Positions 43,993-53,062 of a stretch of 64,000 nucleotides of DNA are shown piece after piece. The notes beneath the pieces were generated by a model. It searched no databases. It worked only from the letters and a program-made list of their open reading frames with translations, and had not been told where the DNA came from. Numbering within the stretch: the first letter of the stretch is position 1; each line of letters starts with the position of its first letter. A program made the position numbers and the translations under genes. Source of the DNA: Candidatus Omnitrophota bacterium (GTDB lineage: Bacteria > Omnitrophota > Omnitrophia > Omnitrophales > Aquincolibacteriaceae); contig JAZDFE010000002.1 of NCBI GenBank assembly GCA_043808175.1, positions 4,906 through 68,905 on the forward strand. The letters run 5' to 3'.

Positions 43993-44949
43993 TCACAAGT
44001 GGGATCCCCTTTCGGCGGCATCGCCGAAACGGGACGGAAAAGGCTCATACCAGTCAAGCAAGAGGGAGAAATCAACGGCTTTAACGGAATGGGTCAGGGC
44101 ACCGACGGAAATGGTATCGACGCCCGTTGCGGCAAACTTACGGACGTTCGCGAGCGTGATACCTCCCGAGGCTTCGATCATGACGCCAGGGGCTTCCTTG
44201 TGAATGATCCCCACGGCCCTCCGGGTTTCCTTGGGCGAAAAATTATCCAGAAGGATCACCTTGGGCTTGAGCGCGATCGATTGGCGGAGCTCCTTGAGGT
44301 CGCGGACCTCGATCTCGAAATCACGCAGGTGTCGTTTCAGTTTCGAAAGATCGCCGTAAAGCCGGTGGTTTTCCTTCACGAAAATATACGCATCCAGGCC
44401 GGGGCGGTGTCTCCGACCCCCGCCGACCTCAACGGCCACCTTTTCCAGTTCGCGCCAAAGCGGCGCGGTCTTGCGCGTGTGGAGAAGAAGGACCGGATAT
44501 TCTTTTATTTTTTCCACGAACTGGCGCGTTTTGGTCGAGATCCCGGAAAGATGGCTGATAAAATTGAGCAGGGTCCTCTCCACCTTCAGGATCGACCGGA
44601 TATTCCCGCGCATTTTGAAAACGATCTTCCCGGGCCGGAGCTTCCCTCCGTTATGGACCCAGAATTCGAGCTTCACTTTCGGATCCACGATCTTGAAGAT
44701 CTCTCTTACGAGCCGCTCGCCGCAAAAGATCCCGCGGTCCTTGGCGATCACACGGGCTTCGCCCTTGGTTTGGGCCGGGATCAGAAGATTTGAGGTGATA
44801 TCTCCGTGTCCGATATCCTCCCTCAGGGCTTCCTTGATGAAATTCAGGGTCCGCTGGGAGACATGGAGCGGATGGCCGTGGATGCCGTGCCTTTTGCTAA
44901 AGACCGGCGAGCTGGGTTTTGTAGGATACAAGAAGACTTTTCGCATCAT
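43993..44949 (-). CDS. nadC: nicotinate-nucleotide diphosphorylase (carboxylating)
   Basis: ALREDIGHGDITS, ERTLLNF, HTRKT, VKENH, IEASGGI. The start is set at the first in-frame ATG (44949), which overlaps the valS 3' end by ~50 nt. The start is uncertain. Confidence 0.85.
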   Translation of the reverse strand: MMRKVFLYPTKPSSPVFSKRHGIHGHPLHVSQRTLNFIKEALREDIGHGDITSNLLIPAQTKGEARVIAKDRGIFCGERLVREIFKIVDPKVKLEFWVHNGGKLRPGKIVFKMRGNIRSILKVERTLLNFISHLSGISTKTRQFVEKIKEYPVLLLHTRKTAPLWRELEKVAVEVGGGRRHRPGLDAYIFVKENHRLYGDLSKLKRHLRDFEIEVRDLKELRQSIALKPKVILLDNFSPKETRRAVGIIHKEAPGVMIEASGGITLANVRKFAATGVDTISVGALTHSVKAVDFSLLLDWYEPFPSRFGDAAERGSHL

Positions 44950-47707
44950 TGAGTTTCTCTTTTTCTTTTTCAAGGATCTCTTTTGGCGCTTTTTCGGCAA
45001 AAGAAGGGTTCTCAACTTTTTTACGGATGTTCTCTATCCATTGTTCGGTTTCTTGGATCCTTTTCTGGAGCCGTTTTTTCTCTTCTTCCGGGTCCAGGAT
45101 CCCCTCGAGCGAGATAAAAATATCAAAAGCCGCAAAGGAGTTCGCCGCCATCGTGCCTTTTTTCTGGAAGGTACGCACACATTGAAGCTCCGCGAGCCGG
45201 CCCAGTGTCTTCACCTCGCGTTCAAAGGCTTTAAAGATCTCCTGCGTCCCCTGCTCTTTACAAACAAGGGCGGCCTTGAGTTTCTCCGTCGGCGCGATCC
45301 GGGACCGGACCCTGAGATCGCGGATACCGCCCACGGCGTCCTGCAAAAGACCGATCGCCTCCTGCGCTTCCGCGTCGTGGAACTTCTTTTTCCCGTCATG
45401 CGGCCAACCGGCGAACATGAGGGTCTCGGGCCAGGTATTGGCGTCGGCCGCTTTTTGTTTGAACGTCTGCCAGATCTCTTCGGTGATGAACGGCATGAAA
45501 GGATGCAGGAGCCTCAGGATCTTTTCTGTCACATAAAAAAGAACTTTTTGCGTCTGAAGTTTTAAAGCGGCGTCGGCGGATTGGGTCATGGGTTTTGCGA
45601 GCTCGATATACCAGTCGCAGAAATCATCCCACACGAAGTGATAAAGCTCGATCGCCGCCTGGGCGAGGCCGAACTGGGAAAGGTGCTTTTCGATCGCAGC
45701 GGCTTTTTCCTCAAGACGCGACAGGATCCAGCGGCTGGGAAGCGAGAGTGCTTCCTTTTTGAACTGTCCGGGGTCCGTCGAAGCGGTTTCGAGGCCCCCG
45801 AGTTGCATCAGCACGAACCGGCAGGCGTTCCAGACCTTGTTCGCGAAATTACGGCCGACTTCGAATTTTTCGCGCGAAAGATAAACATCCTGCGCCGAAA
45901 GCATCACGAGACTGTAGCGCAGGGCGTCGGCCCCCATCTCTTCGATCACCTCAAGCGGGTCGATGGAGTTCCCGAGCGATTTCGACATCTTGAGCCCGGT
46001 GGCTACGCGGACCGTGCCGTGAATATTAATTTGGGTGAACGGGACTTCGCCCATGAATTCAAGGCCCGCCATGATCATGCGCGCCACCCAGAAGAAAATG
46101 ATCTCCGGAGCGGTCACGAGGTCCGAGGTCGGGTAGAATTTTTTCAGGTCTTCGGTCTTGGCCGGCCAGCCCAGGGTCGAGAACGGCCACAGCCAGCTGG
46201 AAAACCAGGTGTCTAAAACATCAGGATCTTGTTGAAGTTCGGTGTTCCCGCAAGAGGGACATTTTGACGGCTTTTCGCGAGCGACAATGATCCCTTCCGA
46301 GCCACGAGCCACGGGACACGGCCCATCGGATTTTTCGTGGTTCGTGGCACGTGGTGCTTGGCCCTGCGCGCAGCGCGCGCAATACCACGCCGGGATCTGA
46401 TGCCCCCACCAGATCTGCCGCGAGATACACCAGTCACGGATGCCGCCGAGCCAGTTAAGATAAACCTTGGTCCAGCGGTCCGGATAGAAAACCGTTTTTC
46501 CCTGCTCATGCGCCTTGAGGGCCTTCGCGGCCAGCGGCTGCATTTTGACGAACCATTGTTTGGAAAGGTACGGTTCGACCACGGTATCGCACCGGTAGCA
46601 ATGTCCGACCGCGTGCAGATGCGAATCGCGTTTAATGAAAAGACCGCGCGCCTCGAGATCATGAATGATCTTCTTACGCGCGTCGAACCGGTCCATCCCC
46701 TTGTAAACACCACCGCGTTCGTTGATCTTGCCGTCCGGCGTCATGACATTGATCTGCTCGAGATTATGGCGGTACCCCATCGCGAAGTCGTTGGGGTCAT
46801 GCGCCGGCGTGACTTTCACGATGCCGGTCCCGAATTCAGGGTCCACAAATTCATCCGCGATCACCGGGATCTCGCGGTCCATGAGCGGCAGGATGACCTT
46901 CTTGCCGATCAAGCGTTTGTAACGCGGATCGCCCGGATGGACCGCGACGGCCGTATCACCCAACATCGTTTCGGGACGCGTCGTCGCGACCACGATATGG
47001 TCTTCGCCCATCTTTTCATGGGGACCGCTCTTCCCCGCGATCGGATATTTGATGTGATAAAGCCCGCCCTGCACGTCCTTGTGGGCGGCTTCTTCGTCCG
47101 AAAGCGCGGTCTGGCAGCGCGGGCACCAGTTGATGATATAGTTGCCGCGATAGATCAGCCCCCGTTCATAGAGCGTGACGAACGCCTCGCGTACCGCCTT
47201 GGAAAGCCCTTCGTCCATGGTGAACCGTTCGCGGGTCCAGTCGCAGGAAGCCCCGAGGCGGCGGAGCTGGCGCGTGATGGTCGACCCGTGTTCGTTCTTC
47301 CATTTCCAGACTTCTTTTAAGAAAGCCTCGCGGCCGACGTCCCACCGGGTTTTCTTTTCCTTGGCGAGTTTCTTCTCCACCACATTCTGCGTCGCGATCC
47401 CCGCGTGGTCTACGCCCGGCACCCAAAGCGTATCCCGGCCTTTCATGCGGTTCCAACGGACGAGGACATCCTGGATGGAATTATTGAGCGCGTGGCCCAT
47501 GTGCAGGATGCCCGTGACATTGGGAGGAGGAATGACAATGACGTAAGGGCCCACGGGACACGGGCCATGGGCCACGTCTTTTTCCGTGGAGCGTGGGGCG
47601 TGGGACGTGGCCCGGTCACTTTGCGGGCGGAAATAACCCTTCGACTCCCAGAGGGAATACCACTTGGTTTCGACCTGCCTAGAATGATATTGTTTGTCTA
47701 GTTCCAT
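44897..47707 (-). CDS. valS: valine--tRNA ligase
   Basis: Trimmed to the ATG at 47707 (MELDKQYH...). HIGH region PPPNVTGILHMGHA, KMSKS LKMSKSLGN, CP1 editing domain, C-terminal coiled coil. It contains two repeat-derived in-frame insertions. Confidence 0.95.
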   Translation of the reverse strand: MELDKQYHSRQVETKWYSLWESKGYFRPQSDRATSHAPRSTEKDVAHGPCPVGPYVIVIPPPNVTGILHMGHALNNSIQDVLVRWNRMKGRDTLWVPGVDHAGIATQNVVEKKLAKEKKTRWDVGREAFLKEVWKWKNEHGSTITRQLRRLGASCDWTRERFTMDEGLSKAVREAFVTLYERGLIYRGNYIINWCPRCQTALSDEEAAHKDVQGGLYHIKYPIAGKSGPHEKMGEDHIVVATTRPETMLGDTAVAVHPGDPRYKRLIGKKVILPLMDREIPVIADEFVDPEFGTGIVKVTPAHDPNDFAMGYRHNLEQINVMTPDGKINERGGVYKGMDRFDARKKIIHDLEARGLFIKRDSHLHAVGHCYRCDTVVEPYLSKQWFVKMQPLAAKALKAHEQGKTVFYPDRWTKVYLNWLGGIRDWCISRQIWWGHQIPAWYCARCAQGQAPRATNHEKSDGPCPVARGSEGIIVAREKPSKCPSCGNTELQQDPDVLDTWFSSWLWPFSTLGWPAKTEDLKKFYPTSDLVTAPEIIFFWVARMIMAGLEFMGEVPFTQINIHGTVRVATGLKMSKSLGNSIDPLEVIEEMGADALRYSLVMLSAQDVYLSREKFEVGRNFANKVWNACRFVLMQLGGLETASTDPGQFKKEALSLPSRWILSRLEEKAAAIEKHLSQFGLAQAAIELYHFVWDDFCDWYIELAKPMTQSADAALKLQTQKVLFYVTEKILRLLHPFMPFITEEIWQTFKQKAADANTWPETLMFAGWPHDGKKKFHDAEAQEAIGLLQDAVGGIRDLRVRSRIAPTEKLKAALVCKEQGTQEIFKAFEREVKTLGRLAELQCVRTFQKKGTMAANSFAAFDIFISLEGILDPEEEKKRLQKRIQETEQWIENIRKKVENPSFAEKAPKEILEKEKEKLNDAKSLLVSYKTQLAGL
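46299..46366. repeat. GC-rich heptad palindrome inside valS (internal)
   Basis: gaGCCACGaGCCACGgGACACGgcccatcgg-attttt-CGTGGttCGTGGcaCGTGGtgCTTGGccctg. It encodes ...APRATNHEKSDGPCPVARGS... between the CARC and CPSC zinc knuckles. Confidence 0.8.
47547..47615. repeat. GC-rich heptad palindrome inside valS (N-terminal)
   Basis: gggcCCACGgGACACGggCCATGggCCACG-tcttttt-cCGTGGagCGTGGggCGTGGgaCGTGGcccgg. It encodes ...RATSHAPRSTEKDVAHGPCPVGP... just before the HIGH motif. Confidence 0.8.
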
Positions 47708-47716
47708 AAATTCAAA

Positions 47717-47782
47717 GAGCCACGGCCCACGCACCACGAGCTACGATTTTCGTGGCCCCTGGCCCGTGGAACGTGGCCCCGG
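47717..47782. repeat. GC-rich heptad palindrome (cimA/valS junction)
   Basis: gaGCCACGgcCCACGcaCCACGagCTACG-atttt-CGTGGccCCTGGccCGTGGaaCGTGGcccc. Confidence 0.88.
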
Positions 47783-47784
47783 TT

Positions 47785-49353
47785 TTACCCTTTGTGCAGT
47801 TTATATTCGATGGCTTCCACGAGGGCTTGCCAGCTGGCTTCGATGATGTTCTCGTGAACGCCCACCGTGGTCCAGCTCCTGTCCTTGTCCTGGAATTCGA
47901 TGAAAACGCGCACCTTGGCGGCGGTCCCGGCCTCGGAATTAACGACGCGCACTTTATAATCCGTCAGGTGGATCTCGGAGATCGACGGGAACGAACGGCC
48001 GAGCGCTTTGCGGAGCGCGGAATCAAGCGCGTTCACCGGGCCGTCCCCTTCGGCGGATTCGAAATGCTCCTCCCCTCCGGCCGTGATCGTGACGTCCGCA
48101 ATGGAACGAGGGATCCCTTTGCCGATATTCTCGGTCCGGACCGAGATGTCTTTGACTTTGAAGAACGGCTTGAATTTTCCGAGAAGTTTCTGCACCAAAA
48201 GCTCGAAGCTCGCCTCCGCGGCCTCGAATTGGTAGCCCTCATGTTCAAGGCGCTGGATCTCGGTCAGGATCTTCTGCGTCTCGGGCGAATCCTTTTTGAA
48301 ATGCATCTCGAGTTCCCGGGCCTTGATCATGATATTGGTCTTCCCGCCAAGCTCGGAGACGAGGTAGCGGCGATAATTGCCGAGGGCCTTGGGCTCCACG
48401 TGCTCGTAGGTCTTGGCGTTCTTCATCATGGCGTTGATATGCACGCCGCCTTTATGCGCGAACGCGGAACGGCCCGTGAACGGCTGGTGGTTCACGAGCG
48501 GCATATTGCAAACCTCGGCCACGTAGTGCGAGAGCTGGGTCAATTCTTTCATCTTCTTCGCCGGAAAACACGGGGTCTTCATCTTGAACTGCAGGTCCGG
48601 GATGATGCTCACGAGGTTCGCGTTCCCGCAGCGCTCCCCGTAGCCGTTGATCGTTCCCTGCACCAGGACGCATCCTTCGCCCACCGCCTGAATGGAATTC
48701 GCGACCGCGAGTTCGGAATCATTGTGGCAATGGATGCCGAGCGGCGTTCTCACGGAGCGCTTCACTTTAAGGATCGCGTGACGGATCTCGTGCGGCAAAC
48801 TCCCGCCGTTCGTGTCACAAAGCGTGAGAATATCGGCCCCCGCCTTCGCGGCCTGCCGGAGCGTTTCGAGCGCGTAGTCCGGGTTCGCTTTGAACCCGTC
48901 GAAGAAATGTTCCGCATCATAGATCACTTCGAGCCTCCGGTCCTTGAGATAAGCGACCGTCTCGTAGATCATCAGAAGATTTTCTTTGAGCGTGGTCTTG
49001 AATACTTCCGAAACGTGAAAATCCCAGGATTTCCCGAACACCGTCGCCACCCGGGTGCCGGCCCCGATCAAAGCCTTCACGTTCGGGTCGTCCTTGACCT
49101 TGGTGTGTGCGCGCCGCGTGGAGCCAAAAGCCACGATCCTGGAACGCTTGATCCCGGCTTTCTTGACCATCGCGAAGAATTCCATGTCCTTGGGGTTCGA
49201 GCCCGGCCACCCGCCTTCGATGTAGTGAATGCCGAACTGATCGAGCCGTTTCGCGATCAGGAGCTTGTCATGCGAAGACAGACTGATGCCTTCCGCTTGA
49301 GAACCGTCGCGGAGCGTGGTGTCGTAAAATAGTATTTTTTTGGTTTTACTCAT
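47785..49353 (-). CDS. cimA: citramalate synthase (LeuA-related, CimA-type)
   Basis: FYDTTLRDGSQAEGISLS..DKL.IA..LD.FGI.YIEGGWPGSNPKD is the hallmark N-terminus of CimA-type enzymes. HxH metal site GIHCHND. C-terminal LeuA-dimer-like regulatory domain. Confidence 0.8.
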   Translation of the reverse strand: MSKTKKILFYDTTLRDGSQAEGISLSSHDKLLIAKRLDQFGIHYIEGGWPGSNPKDMEFFAMVKKAGIKRSRIVAFGSTRRAHTKVKDDPNVKALIGAGTRVATVFGKSWDFHVSEVFKTTLKENLLMIYETVAYLKDRRLEVIYDAEHFFDGFKANPDYALETLRQAAKAGADILTLCDTNGGSLPHEIRHAILKVKRSVRTPLGIHCHNDSELAVANSIQAVGEGCVLVQGTINGYGERCGNANLVSIIPDLQFKMKTPCFPAKKMKELTQLSHYVAEVCNMPLVNHQPFTGRSAFAHKGGVHINAMMKNAKTYEHVEPKALGNYRRYLVSELGGKTNIMIKARELEMHFKKDSPETQKILTEIQRLEHEGYQFEAAEASFELLVQKLLGKFKPFFKVKDISVRTENIGKGIPRSIADVTITAGGEEHFESAEGDGPVNALDSALRKALGRSFPSISEIHLTDYKVRVVNSEAGTAAKVRVFIEFQDKDRSWTTVGVHENIIEASWQALVEAIEYKLHKG

Positions 49354-49370
49354 AAGTTTAAACTTTCAAA

Positions 49371-49447
49371 GGGCCGCGGGACACGACCCGCGAGCCACGA
49401 CCCGCGAGCCACAAAAACGTGGCGCGTGGACCGTAGAACGTGGACCG
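49371..49447. repeat. GC-rich heptad palindrome (lysC/cimA junction)
   Basis: gggccgcgGGACACGacCCGCGagCCACGacCCGCGagCCAC-aaaaa-CGTGGcgCGTGGacCGTAGaaCGTGGaccg. Confidence 0.88.
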
Positions 49448-49449
49448 TA

Positions 49450-50667
49450 TTATTTCTTGCCGAGTCCGAACGCCTGGTGAATGACCTTCGCGGCGAGCTT
49501 GCCTTTATCGCCGGCCACCACGACCGAGATCTTGATCTCGGAAGTGGAGATCATATCGATATTGATCTTGTTCTTGGCCAAGGTCGAGAACATCTTGGAC
49601 GCGATGCCCGAATGGGACCGCATGCCGATCCCGACCACGCTCACCTTCGCGATATTCTCGTCGCAAGTGACGTTCGTGGCGCCGACCTTCTTCATGGCGG
49701 CTTTCACGACCTTCATGGCCTTCACCAGTTCGTTCTTGAAGACGGTAAAAGAAATATCCGTGGAATTCGTCTGTGTTTTGTTCTGGATGATCATATCCAC
49801 GTTTACATTCGCGTCCGCCAGGGTCTGGAAGACCTTGGCCGCCACGCCCGGACGGTCCGAGACGCGGAACAGGGTGATCTTGGCTTCATCTTCGGCGAGT
49901 GCGACGCCGCTTACGACGACTTCTTCCATGGCTTTATTCTCCTTCGTGATAAGAGTTCCTTTGTGGTCGTTCTGGGAATTGCGGACCCAGATCGGCATGT
50001 TGAATTTTTTCCCGACTTCGATCGAACGTGAATGCATCACTTTCGCGCCGAGCGACGCGAGCTCCAGGATCTCATCGTAAGTGACCCGGTCCATCTTTTG
50101 CGCTTCCGGGATCACGCGCGGGTCCGCGGTGAAGATCCCGTCCACGTCCGTATAGATCTCGCAATGTTTCGCCTTCAGGGCGACCGCGAGCGCCACGGCC
50201 GTCAGATCGGAACCGCCGCGACCGAGCGTCGTGATCTCGCCCGAGGGCGTCTGGCCCTGGAATCCGGCCACGATCACGATCTTCCCTTCGCTCAAGGCCT
50301 TCTTGATCCGATCCGGGCTGATGTTCTGAATACGCGCCTTGCTGTGGAACTCATCCGTCATGATCCCGACCTGCGGGCCCGTGAACGAGACCGCTTCATG
50401 ATCGAGCTTGTGGATCGCCATGGCCAAAAGCGCGATCGACACCTGCTCGCCCGTGGCAAGCAACATGTCCATCTCGCGCTCCTGCGGATCGGAGTTGATC
50501 TGTTTCGAGAGATCGATCAGGTCGTCGGTCATATCGCCCATGGCGGAAACGACCACGACGACCTTGTTCCCCGCTTGCTCGGTTTTGATCACACGTTGAG
50601 CGACCCGTAAGATCTTTTCCGCGTTCGCGACCGAGGAACCGCCGTATTTCTGTACGATCAATGACAT
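49450..50667 (-). CDS. lysC: aspartate kinase
   Basis: Trimmed to the ATG at 50667 (MSLIVQKYGGSSV). Kinase core plus two C-terminal ACT domains. Confidence 0.92.
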   Translation of the reverse strand: MSLIVQKYGGSSVANAEKILRVAQRVIKTEQAGNKVVVVVSAMGDMTDDLIDLSKQINSDPQEREMDMLLATGEQVSIALLAMAIHKLDHEAVSFTGPQVGIMTDEFHSKARIQNISPDRIKKALSEGKIVIVAGFQGQTPSGEITTLGRGGSDLTAVALAVALKAKHCEIYTDVDGIFTADPRVIPEAQKMDRVTYDEILELASLGAKVMHSRSIEVGKKFNMPIWVRNSQNDHKGTLITKENKAMEEVVVSGVALAEDEAKITLFRVSDRPGVAAKVFQTLADANVNVDMIIQNKTQTNSTDISFTVFKNELVKAMKVVKAAMKKVGATNVTCDENIAKVSVVGIGMRSHSGIASKMFSTLAKNKINIDMISTSEIKISVVVAGDKGKLAAKVIHQAFGLGKK

Positions 50668-50730
50668 GGTAATGACCTTTTCGATTTGATTGGTTTTAAA
50701 AAACATGTTTCCAAAATAACCACCGTTGTG

Positions 50731-50780
50731 CGGGCCACGTTCCACGCGCCACGCATTCCGTGGCCCTTGGCCCGTGGAAC
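50731..50780. repeat. GC-rich heptad palindrome (kinase/lysC junction)
   Basis: cggGCCACGttCCACGcgCCACG-cattc-CGTGGccCTTGGccCGTGGaac. Confidence 0.88.
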
Positions 50781-50785
50781 AGCTC

Positions 50786-51991
50786 CTAAGAGGCCTTAGT
50801 CATGAAAAATGGCATCAGTTCCGTGGTTTTATTGAATTTCACTTCCGAAGTTTTGGCCGCGAGCTCCGAGAACCGCTCGATCTCGTCAGGCATGATGTTC
50901 TTGCCGGTCACGGCGAAGGGAACGCTGTCGCGAACGATCTCCTTCATTTTCCAAAGGGTCGCATGACCCGGCGTGACCAGAAGGCGCGAATCTTTGGAGC
51001 GCTCCAGATATTTGCGGACCTTCGAAAGAACGAAGAAATCGATCCCCTCGATCGCCGAGACCTTTCCCTTCACATCTCCGGCCCGCGACGCCTCCTCGGG
51101 AGTGTGGAGATGGAGACAAACAAAATCTTTTTCTTCCAGGGCCTCGATCGCCACTTTGGAGATCTTGTCATAAAAAGCCGCGGGCTCTTCGCCCCCTTCC
51201 TTGACCTCCATGACCGTGAGTCCCGCCATGCGGCCCAGGCCCCTCGCGTATTCGCGCGCGGCGACCATCGCGCCGCCGGTGATGTCAAAACATTCGCGGA
51301 AAGGTGTGAGGAACGGCTTCTTTCCCTGTCCCCAAAGCCAGATCATGTTCGCGGGATTCTCGCCGAGGTCCACGCGCACCTGATTGATCTCATGGTCCTG
51401 CAAGAGAAGCCTGGCGTCATACATCAATTTTCGCATCAATTCCTCGCCCGGACCCTTCGGCAGCACATCCTCGATCTTCTCGCCGATCACGCTCTCGGGC
51501 GGCTGGGTCTTCGCGGACAAGGCCTCGAATCCGTTCGCGTCCTTGATCACCGCAAGGTGCCGGTGCCCGGAACCCGAGAAGAACCGCACAAAATCGCTTG
51601 CTACCTTTTTGTTCAAAAAATTGACGAGCGCCTTCGCCTCTTTGGTGCTAAGGGCTCCGGCAGTCGGATCGGCCAGCATCCCCGCGGCCTCGGTGATGAA
51701 ATTCATGCAGAACGCGACTTCTTTGTCGTCGAGCGTCAGTTCCTTATCGGCAGCCTCAAGCGGTCCGCGGCCGGTATAAAGTTTCGACGCGTCGTAGCCT
51801 AAAAGATTGAATAGGCTCACGTCCGCGGAAAGCGGCAAACGTTCGGAAACAAGTTTCGCGGTCCCTACCTTTCCGTTCTTCGCAAAAAAATTCAAATTGG
51901 GGACCTTGGCCGCTTCCAAAGGAGTTTTTCCTCCGAGTTCCTCGGTCGGATGATCCGCAGCGCCCGCGAGAACCACAACGATAGATTTCAT
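50786..51991 (-). CDS. cofactor-independent phosphoglycerate mutase (ApgM) family protein; proposed non-canonical homoserine kinase
   Basis: [28 protein letters not shown] ApgM-type N-terminus with metalloenzyme core. It sits between thrC and lysC, overlapping the thrC stop. The kinase role is by analogy with thr-operon-linked ApgM homologues. Confidence 0.7.
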   Translation of the reverse strand: MKSIVVVLAGAADHPTEELGGKTPLEAAKVPNLNFFAKNGKVGTAKLVSERLPLSADVSLFNLLGYDASKLYTGRGPLEAADKELTLDDKEVAFCMNFITEAAGMLADPTAGALSTKEAKALVNFLNKKVASDFVRFFSGSGHRHLAVIKDANGFEALSAKTQPPESVIGEKIEDVLPKGPGEELMRKLMYDARLLLQDHEINQVRVDLGENPANMIWLWGQGKKPFLTPFRECFDITGGAMVAAREYARGLGRMAGLTVMEVKEGGEEPAAFYDKISKVAIEALEEKDFVCLHLHTPEEASRAGDVKGKVSAIEGIDFFVLSKVRKYLERSKDSRLLVTPGHATLWKMKEIVRDSVPFAVTGKNIMPDEIERFSELAAKTSEVKFNKTTELMPFFMTKAS

Positions 51992-53058
51992 CGGATGACC
52001 TCCTTTACGGCATCGAGAGTGGATTTGACCTTATAGACCGGATCTTCGAAGCTGAGCGCAAAATCGGGGTCTTTCAACCCCGCACCCGTCAGCGTGATCA
52101 CAATGCGGGATCCTTCCTTGAAAAATCCCTTTTTCGCTAGGTTGATCACTCCGGCGACCGGCGCAACACTGGCCGGTTCCGCGAACACGCCTTCGCGCTC
52201 CGCGATAAAACGGTACGCCTTCGTGATCTCCTCGTCCGTCACCTTATCGATCAGGCCGCCCGATTCGTCGCGCGCGTTGACGGCGCCCTGCCAGCTCGCG
52301 GGATTTCCGATACGGATGGCAGTCGCGATCGTCTCCGGTCTTTCCACCGGATGCCCCAGCACGATCGGTGCGGACCCCGCGGCCTGAAAGCCGAGCATCT
52401 TCGGTAAGGTTTCGGACTTCCCCGCTTTTTTATATTCCTTGTAGCCCATCCAGTAAGCCGTGATATTGCCGGCATTCCCGACCGGGATCGCGTGATATTC
52501 CGGTGCGTCCCCGAGATCATCGACGATCTCGAACGCCGCCGTCTTCTGTCCTTCGATGCGGTACGGATTGATGGAATTCACAAGCGTGATCTTCCCTTCC
52601 CGGGTGATCTCTTTGACGAGTTCAAGCGCCTTGTCAAAATTCCCCTCGACCATGATCACCTTCGAGCCGTAGCGGTACGCCTGCAAAAGTTTTCCTTTGG
52701 CGATCTTCCCTTCCGGGATCAACACAAAACATTTGAGCCCGCACCGGCACGCGTAAGCCGCGGCAGAGGCGGACGTATTCCCGGTCGAGGCGCACATCAC
52801 GGCCTTCGAGCCCGCTTCAACCGCCTTCGAGATCGCCAGGGTCATCCCGCGGTCCTTGAACGAACCCGTCGGGTTCAGGCCTTCGAATTTGTAATAGATC
52901 CGGATATTTTTCAGACCGAGTTCCTGAGGCAGGGCCTCCGCGAGAATGAGCGGCGTATTGCCTTCATTGAGCGAAATGATGGGCGTCTTATCCGTGACCG
53001 GAAGATATTCCTGATAGCGCTCGATGATCCCGATCTTCTTGACCGCGTATGTCCCCAT
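51988..53058 (-). CDS. thrC: threonine synthase
   Basis: PLP-lysine motif [14 protein letters not shown]. 356 aa, collinear with short-type ThrC. Confidence 0.92.
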   Translation of the reverse strand: MGTYAVKKIGIIERYQEYLPVTDKTPIISLNEGNTPLILAEALPQELGLKNIRIYYKFEGLNPTGSFKDRGMTLAISKAVEAGSKAVMCASTGNTSASAAAYACRCGLKCFVLIPEGKIAKGKLLQAYRYGSKVIMVEGNFDKALELVKEITREGKITLVNSINPYRIEGQKTAAFEIVDDLGDAPEYHAIPVGNAGNITAYWMGYKEYKKAGKSETLPKMLGFQAAGSAPIVLGHPVERPETIATAIRIGNPASWQGAVNARDESGGLIDKVTDEEITKAYRFIAEREGVFAEPASVAPVAGVINLAKKGFFKEGSRIVITLTGAGLKDPDFALSFEDPVYKVKSTLDAVKEVIR

Positions 53059-53062
53059 ACCG

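Noticed and set aside
47752-49332. A 526-aa + strand ORF opposite cimA. Similar long antisense ORFs occur at 39869-40705, 40762-41655, 41717-42793, 44471-45565, 46337-47320, 50726-51802 and 53747-54406.
   Set aside because: All are mirror ORFs of well-supported genes (cimA, HMGL-like, eda, uvrB, nadC/valS, valS, ApgM-like, hom). None has a motif, and all have an Arg/Asp/His-rich composition.
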